Origin: Stylophora pistillata
Lineage: Eukaryota
Direction: 5' to 3'
Assembly: GCF_002571385.2 (NCBI RefSeq)
Contig: NW_019217804.1
Span: forward strand, 450,306-514,305
DNA: 64,000 nucleotides
Position 1 is the stretch's first letter. Each line of letters begins with the position of its first letter. This document shows positions 52,326 to 61,563 of the stretch, in pieces. The position numbers and the translations under genes are program-made. A model generated the notes under the pieces. The model was not told the origin of the DNA, made no database searches, and saw only the letters and a program-made list of their open reading frames with translations.

Positions 52326-55300
52326 CTTTTACGACGGTATGTTCTGGTATGCAAGAAATCCTGGCTGCAAAAATTTAGTACTCTCTTCGGTATTGTAGCA
52401 CTTTCAGATTTTCTCTAGACTGTAACATGAAAACCACCTTATATTTGGTTTTGTCAGGAAGGTAAATTTGTTGAAAATGACTTCATTTTCAAAATTTCTA
52501 TCGTAAAAGGTGTTTCTGAGCAGCTGTTTACATTAATCTAGATTGAAAACGTTTGGAACACGTCCGGGAAGTTATACGGAAATGTTCGGGCTATTTCCTT
52601 TTTTTAGAGTACTTGGTTGTGGTCACCTCAAGCAATTTCTCCCATTTACATCCTTTTTCTGTAAAGATTCTATAATTAGTTGGTGGTTGCATCAGGGCGG
52701 TAATTTTTCCTTTCAACTGACATAATCGAAGGTGCGACATAAGACTTTCTCACCTAATATCATGTGTCATTATCTACTGAGGAAGATAACACCAATAATT
52801 TAGAGTAACTTCCTGTTTAAAACTGTTGATAGGGGTTTGGTTGGCCGGTGACTTAAGGCTTTTTCCAAAGTCCTTTCCCTAAGCTGTAAATATGAATCAA
52901 CGTAACTGCTAGCATTTTTCCTGTCCGTTTACTTTTGGTGTTTCTGTTGCCCACAAGCTTATTGCGTGAACGACGAAGCGATCTTGAAATACCCCATATG
53001 CCCAATATTAATTGCTCACAGACAGCCTTTTGAATTATAAGGTCAAAAGAGTTGTATTTTACGTGATTTGACATCCTGTTTCTGTCCCGCGTAAGCCCAC
53101 AATAAGATGTATAGCAGCATTTCATGTCATGACCTCAAGTTTCATTGTATTAAATGCTACTTCAAGCTCTGGGTGTCGTGAGTTACTGTGGAGCACCAGA
53201 GTAACTGTTTTGATTGTTAAAGCTTTCGTAGGACAATGTTCGGTAAAAAGCAGATAGTTTATCAATGGGACTCAGTCTCCACTTGCCTTAATTTTATTAC
53301 TTTGTCTCATGAAAGGAAACACAAATTGAAGAAACACTCCAAATAGAAAATCCGCCCTTTTTAAAAATGTAATCGAATATTTTTCCGTATCTACTTTTCC
53401 TTTCTTTGCAAAAGAGTAAACAGCGCAAGTGATCTGTAATTGAAGTCACGTAGGGTATCGAATATTGTTACAAGATTACACTTTATGAATAGACGGCTAT
53501 TCTGCAATGATGGCTTTTAACCGTAGATTCAATACTGAAATTTATCAAGGCTTCTTTTGTAGTCAATGCTTTGTCTGTTACGATTCTCTTGCATCAGTTT
53601 TCCTTCTGAATTTCGCAATCGTACCTTTTAGTCTCAATGTGGTGCCATCCAATTTGTGACGTAAAATGCGCATCATTTTTCCTGTTAGGGTATGACCCTA
53701 TTAATAGGTTTTTGCGTTTACTCCAGTTACGCGTCGTAGTCCCCGTCACGCAGTTTTGAGGCAGTATCACGAGACTAACTAACTCGTTCTAGGAGAGCTG
53801 AAACGTCGCAAGAACGGTCAGAAGCTGGAATCATTTCCTATAGTCAGCCGAAACACCAAGAGGGGTGTAGTTGAGATTTAAGTCTTCAAATAAATCGCAT
53901 ATAGGTGAGTTTTTGTGGTCGTCGATTTGAAGTTTTAAAAGACATGTAAAGCATGGTCAGTCGCCAAGAATGAAAACAATAAATATAATTTATTAAAATG
54001 TGATTAATTTCTAAAAAATCGGTAGATAAGCGCACGTATCTCATTGTGGAAGGTTTCCGAAACAACTTAGCACACGAATGCGAACGAGCCAGCCGGATAC
54101 CTACGGATCGTCGGTAGATCAGGGATGATATTCAAAAGCACCTCAGCGACAGAAAAATAACCTCTCCGACGTTTTTATTTGTTTGACAGATATTGGACCG
54201 TCAACAATAGAAAAAGCAACATCGTGAATTGATGATGCGCTACAACGATAACAATAGCGTGATGTGAAATACTATGACTATCAGTCAATTTAGAAACATA
54301 CGCCAGACACAACCGAGTTTTTAAGAAATAAAGCGGTACTATATGTATTTAATTTCAATTTTCTTTAACTTCTCCCAATTTTTTAACCTCTACGAGACGT
54401 TCGTTTTTCTTTCATCTACAGAGAAGTCCTCCAGAAATTTAATGCGCATAATAAAACTCGGTCCAATTTGTGTAAATGAACAAAATTAGTAAACCTGGCG
54501 TTTACTGAGCTTTTCGCCATGAAATCTCTTTTGAATCAGCAAGCAGATACGATGAATTCTTTGTCGCTGGCATCTCGAAAGATGAAATAATTTTAAGGTT
54601 AAAAATCGACATATTCTTTCATAGTTTATCATTTGATTTACAGGCAAACTAGCACCACTGTCAACTTCTGTCAAGTAGAACTAAGCAAGCTCTTATTCTT
54701 CCCTTTTGAGAGACATTGGTCATAACAAGTTGCTTGATTGTTTCAGCGTAAAAGATCAGTAGCGAAATTTCCCGATCTCGAATACCAGAGGGAGCCCGTC
54801 ATTCGCCAGAAAAAAAAAATTATTTCTCTACTTAGATAACTTCAATAGCTGAAGTAAAACTGAAAAAATGAAGAGGCTGTATGCTGGAGCGGTGATGGAA
54901 ATGCGTCATATTTGACCACCAGCCTACAGCTGAAGGGAATAATTATAAGCTGAAAGTTTAAGACTGCAGAAAATAAAAAAAAAAATTGGTAACTTCCGTT
55001 TAGTAAAATTGTGTTTTTGGATTCAAGTTTCTTTTTGTCACTGCAATAATCAGAGGACACACTGCAAGCATCAGACAGCATAGCTTTTTAAGAAAATGAG
55101 TCTCACATTTCTATCTTTCAAAACGTTTTATTGTTTAAGCAACAACAATACGCCTACATCTCCATGTATGTATCATCATAGCAAATCTGTAAAAGATTAA
55201 CATATGCACTGATTTTAATCAGTAACACAGTAGTCTCAATATGGACTTTTTATAACGGTATCTTTCTTTAGTTACAAAGCACGCTTGTCAAACCATAAAT

Positions 55301-55472
55301 AACATTATAAAAATTATTTTCTATTTTTTTGTTACTTTCGATACATTTTCTTAACCTTTTTTACTTCAATAATTAAGAAAAGTCATTTAAATATCTTAGT
55401 TTTCCAATAATAAGATGGAAGTTATAATTAAGTGGTTTGCTTCTACCAGAGAGCAATTCGTAATAAATAGCT

Positions 55473-57867
55473 TTAGATGCAAGTCAACACGCTAGTGATA
55501 ACATCTTTCAGTGTGTACAAAATGACATAGTTTCTATAAGTCTTCACCACATCGTCAGTCACAGTTAGGTTCTGAAAGAAAAAATGGTTAACCTTTCTTA
55601 GTATTTGATGGTACTTTGAAGTTCTTTGTATATTAAATTCGAAAGTTATTACCCCGACAGTATCAGTGGAGTTTTAAACTAGATATCCTGTACATGGGAC
55701 AAAATTGGTTTTAAGTAGCTGTCGAAACTGGAGGACAAAAATAGCTTAGAAGTTCAGTGATTCATGTAGGGCACTTACGAAAAATAACTGAGGAAAGTTC
55801 CGCTAACCTCTCTTACGGAATGCTACCTTTTTTATAATTCAAAGTTTCGACCAATAGAGCTATCAGAAAATAGGTAAATGGAGCTAGAACCCACTCCTTT
55901 ACTCCTTACACATCTGTTTCAAAGTTATTTCTTACGACCCATCAAGTTGCCAGTCCTTTTGAGAAACGGGTCCCTGATGAAATAGTTTTATTTTCAGCTT
56001 TCAACGATTTCGGAGTAGGTCACCTCTTAGAATTCGCTCCGACGAAGGGCTAACGCTCGAAACGTCGGCTTTTGTAATCGTTACGGTGGCCAATTTACCA
56101 TTTCGACTTTGTTGATATATCCAAATTATTTCGTTACTCCCACCGACGCAGCCCCAAACAGTTTCTTTCGAAACTATCAGCCTTAATTCACCTCTTAGAA
56201 TGTTCGCATTTCTTCTCTTCTTTCGTTACTTTTCGATACTAGCTGACTAAGTGCATCATTTATCGTTTAAAGGAATATTTACCGCACGTTTGTTACTGAC
56301 CACTGCTTGTAGATATGTTTTGGTTGAATGATCCAGGCTTGCTTCCAAGACATGCTGTGCAGTGGGTGTTTGAGAACCAGTTTTCTTTATCTGTAATTCA
56401 ACAATTGATAATAACTAGTTTTTCAGAATACTGATGAAAAGATACTAAGGCAACACTTACAATTGAGAGCTCTTAAACCGGAACAACGGTATTATGTGTC
56501 AGAGTTGTTAACAGAAAGAAAGAAACGGTGCTGAATTATTTCTAATATCTCTAGGTTTAACCGTTTCAGGAAGATACTTTTGAGCTTCCCTTTTGTCTTC
56601 TGTAGTTATCTTTTCTATCCTATGCTATCCTCGTTCCTCTCCGATCTGCCCTTGCCTTTTTCGATTTTGTTTTCCTAAAAAACTATTCTGCTTTACTTTT
56701 TCCATTCAAAAGCTGCACGTTTTGTAGAGCTACGAGGAGACGTAGCAACTTAATCCCACAGAAATAAAATGGGGTCTTTGCAAGAGCAAGAATTCCCAGT
56801 GGAACACGCAACTTTACCTTACTTGCCAAAAATATCAATAAAACTTTAAAATAAGCTGTTGCGAAAGGGAATAATTAGAGTTGTAGGTAACTTGCCTCAC
56901 GTCGCACCCTCCAGACTGTAGTATTGAGGTGAAAACTGGTCTCTTTGAGCGCACTTGCCAACTCTTTGTGCTGAGATCCTTTAGCTTCTTCATAAGAGTA
57001 TGCCAGATATAATGGATGGATGAAGTTGTAAAGTTGGATAAAGGCAATGGTAAGGTTTTCTTTTTTTTGCTGAAGAGAAGCAAATATACATGAACACAGC
57101 GAATTGTAAATACTTTTATTGTGATCAGTGACTTACAGAAGCACAAGTCCTGTCAATCATTTTATCATACTTTGCCAATGCTGTTAGGAGTTTGTTGATC
57201 ATGGAGTTATCACGATTTTTTTTTCAAAATCATAAATTTGTTTTTTAGCTTTTGAATAAACTGATTATTTCGTGTGCGCAGGATTATTAATGGATAATAA
57301 GCTCTCGATGTAATAAAGGGTGAGTGATCCTGACCGGCAAAGACAGGGAGACTGAAGTCATGCACATATGTCCTCTCTCCCATGTAGGCGTGTGTGTTGA
57401 ATTCTTGGAGATAGTTTGTTAAATTAAGAATTAAAATATTTAAACTATAGCTGAAAGTAGATTTGTTTTTAAAAGATGGTGAAGCCTGGAAGTTCCTAAT
57501 GCTTACCAGATTTGAGGAACATACAGGTGTGTTAGCCTTTCCAAGGGCCAGGACCGTCTCCTTTAGATCCCAGTTAGAAGCTATAAATTGGTAAATCATC
57601 AACATCTGCAGATAAAACACGATAGTTTAGTTAAGAAAAGTTGCGCAATATGTTTTTTAAAGAAACTGCTCCATAGCTAAAGGAATAATTAAGAAATATT
57701 AATTTATGTCCTACCTCTTCAATAGCGTTGGATCTTGATGGCATAAGTGAACGTCGGATGACAATTTCCGCATCACTTGGTCGGTAACTCAACGGAGCTG
57801 TCCAAGCCACTGAGCTGATCGTAGTTACTATGAATATGGCAGCGAATAACGACTTGCAGAATTCCAT
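55473..57867 (-). CDS. Secreted helical-cytokine-like protein, paralog E (210 aa, 5 coding exons, one GC-AG intron)
   Basis: Exons 57867-57715, 57605-57507, 57069-56896 (donor GAG|GCAAGT), 56390-56283, 55571-55473; phase 0. MEFCKSLFAAIFIVTTISSVAWTAPLSYRPSDAEIVIRRSLMPSRSNAIEE/MLMIYQFIASNWDLKETVLALGKANTPVCSSNL/QKKENLTIAFIQLYNFIHPLYLAYSYEEAKGSQHKELASALKETSFHLNTTVWRVRRE/IKKTGSQTPTAQHVLEASLDHSTKTYLQAVVSNKRA/NLTVTDDVVKTYRNYVILYTLKDVITSVLTCI*. Confidence 0.88.
56034..56187 (+). mobile_element. Penelope-type retroelement fragment in intron 4 of paralog E
   Basis: 14 bp target duplication TCACCTCTTAGAAT (56020-56033, 56188-56201). Hammerhead-like CCGACGAAGGGCTAACGCTCGAAAC. Confidence 0.7.
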
Positions 57868-58226
57868 TTCTTTAGAGGAACAAAATTGCAAGCAAAATAC
57901 GAGTAGTGTCCTATAGAAAGCAATTGATAAAATGAACACGCACTCGTAACATTTTACCTAAACTTTGGGGAATTGATTTGAGGAACTCAAGAAGCTAACT
58001 CTTAAATTGTTTGTCAGTGGTTCTCCGTAGCTTTTCGTTTCAACTTGTGTGAAGCAAAGCTTGGTAAAGTCACATCTTTTGTTAAGTGGCAATTAAACAA
58101 AACGTCTTTAGAACTGCTGTTTTAAAACCTATGATAAGTAAAGGTGAAGACTGCGTTCATTAAACATAAACCTCACCCAGATTTTACTTCCAGACTTGTA
58201 GAACGGACCGAGCAATGTAGACTTAC

Positions 58227-58460
58227 CTTTCTCCTTTTAAGTATCTGTGGCAGATAAACTTGTCTGATTCGAAATGTTTCGTTGTTTTCCTTTTCTTTCG
58301 TAGAATTAATTGAGGGTGAAGCGAGTTTGACTGCCTTTTATACAAAACGAAGAGGAAGATATTTTATTGCTTTAGATCATCTTTTTACCCGGATTACTAA
58401 TTTTCCCTAAATTTTTTATCGTTTGTTCGCTGCGTCAATTACGTCATTTTGAATTAATAA
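58227..58460 (-). promoter_or_regulatory. Paralog E core promoter and non-coding exon (duplicated for F at ~61923-62160)
   Basis: TATAAAA at 58342-58336 (F: 62039-62033). Donor AAG|GTAAGT at 58227 (F: 61923). The CTTCC.CTTCGTTT motif just upstream of TATA is shared with D. CRE-like TGACGTAA at ~58440. Confidence 0.6.
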
Positions 58461-60702
58461 ACCTGTACCTTTTGAATGTTCTTAACTGTTCCTTCCGTAA
58501 CAGTCGAACGATCCATCCTTGTTGTTTTAAATTGATTTTGTAGTTTATGTCTGGTATGCAGTAATTTTGACTCCTCAAAATCAATTCAACTATACGGATG
58601 TACACTTAATACAGGCATTTATTCCGCAATGTAAACAGGGATGGCTATAATTCCATATGGATTGCTGGAACTTTTGTTTTTCTATAGGTTGAAGAGATGT
58701 TGCTAATCCGTTTTACCAAAATCCCTTAGAATACAGGGAGTCTAGAAACACTTTGATTTAATTTGTTACAATCCTGACTTTTCTTTATGGACAAGTGCAT
58801 GGACCTCGTTTAACGCTTCTGCCAGTATCAAAATTCCAGTATCAAAAGACCTCGTTTAACGGGATTCTTTCCAGTATCAAAATTCCTGGTAGGAAAGGAA
58901 GCAACTTTCCGTTCATAACAGCAAACACGTAAAAGAAGAGCGTGACAACAAATATTTTAACCATCCGGATCAACTCATAGTATATTAGGGAATAAGTCAA
59001 TTGAGAGGTGAAATAATGTGATTGTAATGTATCATTATCGCTAGATGATTTGGCTGGTGTTAAACAGCTTCATTCTTGGGGTTTTTTTTTTTTTTGAAAG
59101 CGCACGCGAGGCTGCATTGGTGAAATGTTGATATGCGCTATTTATAATGTAATTACTGTGTTGACGCAACTTAATTGACAGGTCGTTTATAGGACAAAAC
59201 CAGCCATTATTACCGGAAATGGGTAATTAGTTTATGGGCTTAGGCCCATAAACTAATTACCCATAAATAAACCAGGTGAAGGAGTCTAGGCTAAATTTAA
59301 GCTAACAGTACGTTCCATTTGGTGACTTGCCGTGACATGAACAGATAGTTTCATTGCATAAGAGAGTATATTTTAGCCTTTGAATTTACTCGGTCTTAAA
59401 TTATGATGTTTAATCGCAAGAAACAGAAAATAGATTTTAAGTATGGCGGAGGTATGAGATCTTCTTTTGTGATATAATTTAGAAAAATAGGTTGTAATTG
59501 GCAAGTAAATTATTTCGACTTAAAGACGAACTGGTTATGTATCTTGCTTTTTGATAATGACAGATATTGGACCGCCTTGATAACAACAATAATAGAAAAA
59601 GCAACATCGTGAATTGATGATGCGTTACAACGATAACAAAAGCGAGATGTGAAATAGTATGACTATCAGTCAATTTATAAACATATGTCAAGAACAACCG
59701 AGTTTTTAAGAAATAAAGCGGTAACATCTGTATTTAATTTCAATTTCCTTTAATTCTCCCCAATTTTTCTACGAGAAGTTCGTTTTTCTTTCATCTACAA
59801 AGAAGTCCTCCAATAATCTAATGCGTACGACAAAACTCGGTCCAATTTGTGTAAATAAACAAAGTTAGTAACCTGGCGTTTACTGAGCTTTTCGCCACGA
59901 AATCTCTTTTGAATTAGCAAGGAGATGCGATGAATTCTTTGTCCCTGACTTCTCGCCAAGTGCAATAATTTTAAGGTTAAAAATCGCCACAACCTTTCAT
60001 AGTTTATCATTTGATTTACACGCAAACTAGCACCACTGTCAACATCTGTCAAGTAGAACTAGGCAGGCCCCCATACCTCCCTTTTGAGTTACGGGGGTCA
60101 TAACAAGTTGCTTGATTGTTTCAGCGAAAAAGATTAGTTGGAAAATTTCCCGATCACAAACACCAGCGGGTGCCCGTCATTCGCCAAAAAAAGAATTATT
60201 TCTTTGCTTAGATACCTTCAATAGCTGAGGTAAAACTGAAAAAAAGAAAAGGCAGGGGGCTGGAGCGGTGATGGAAATGCGTCATATTTGATCACCAGTC
60301 TACAGCTGAAGGAAATAATTATAAGCTGAAAAGTAAAGACTGTAGAAATTAAAAACAAATTAATAACTTCGTTTTGTTAAAAAGGAAACACTGCAAGCAT
60401 CAGACAGCATAGCTTTTTAAGAAAATGAGTCTCACATTTCTATCTTTCAAAACGTTTTATTGTTGAAGCAACAACAATACGCCTACATCTCCATGTATGT
60501 ATCATCATAGCAAATCTGTAAAAGATTAACATATGCACTGATTTTAATCAGTAACACAGTAGTCTCAATATGGACTTTTTATAACGGTATCTTTCTTTAG
60601 TTACAAAGCACGCTTGTCGAACCATAAATAACATTATAATTTTTTTTCTATTTTTCTGTTACTTTCGATACGTTTTCCTAACTTTTTTTTACTTCAATAA
60701 TN

Positions 60703-61563
60703 GAGTATGCCAGATATAATGGATGGATGAAGTTGTAAAGTTGGATAAAGGCAATGGTAAGGTTTTCTTTTTTTTGCTGAAGAGAAGCAAATATACATGA
60801 ACACAGCGAATTGTAAATACTTTTATTGTGATCAGTGACTTAACGAAGCACAAGTCCTGTTAATCATTTTATCATACTTTGTCAATGCTGTTAGGAGTTT
60901 GTTAATCATGGAGTTATCACGATTTTTTTTTCAAAATCATAAATTTGTTTTTTAGCTCTTGAATAAACTGATTACTTCGTGTGCGTAACATATATCAATG
61001 GATAATAAGCTCTCGATGTAACAAAGGGTGAGTGATCCTGACCAGCAAAGATAAGGAGACTGAATATGTCTTCTCTCCCATGTAGGCGTGTGTGTTGAAT
61101 TCTTGGAGATAGGTTGTTAATTTAAAATTAAAATATTTAAACTATAGCTGAAAGTAAATTTGTTTTCAAAAGATGGTGAAGCTTAGAAGTTCCTAATCCT
61201 TACCAGATTTGAGGAACATACAGGTGTGTTAGCCACTCCAAGGGCCAAGGGCGTCTCCTTTAGATCCCAGTTAGAAGCTATAAATTGGCAAATCTTCAAC
61301 ATCTGCAGATAAAACACGATAGTTTAATTAGAGAAAAATTGCATAATATGTGTTTAAAAGACTGCTTGATAGCTAAAGGAATCAATAAAAAATATAAATT
61401 TATGTCCCACCTCCTTAATGGCGTTGGCTCTTGATGGCATGAGTGAACGTCGGATGACAATTTCCGCATCACTTGGTCGGTAACTCAACGGAGCTGTCCA
61501 AGCCACTGAGCTCATCGTAGTTACTATGAATATGGCAGCGAACAAGGACTTGCAGAATTCCAT
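60703..61563 (-). CDS. Secreted helical-cytokine-like protein, paralog F (partial; truncated at assembly N 60702)
   Basis: Exons 61563-61411, 61302-61204 and the start of exon 3 at 60776-60703: MEFCKSLFAAIFIVTTMSSVAWTAPLSYRPSDAEIVIRRSLMPSRANAIKE/MLKICQFIASNWDLKETPLALGVANTPVCSSNL/QKKENLTIAFIQLYNFIHPLYLAY... The sequence then jumps at the N into the 3'UTR. Confidence 0.8.
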
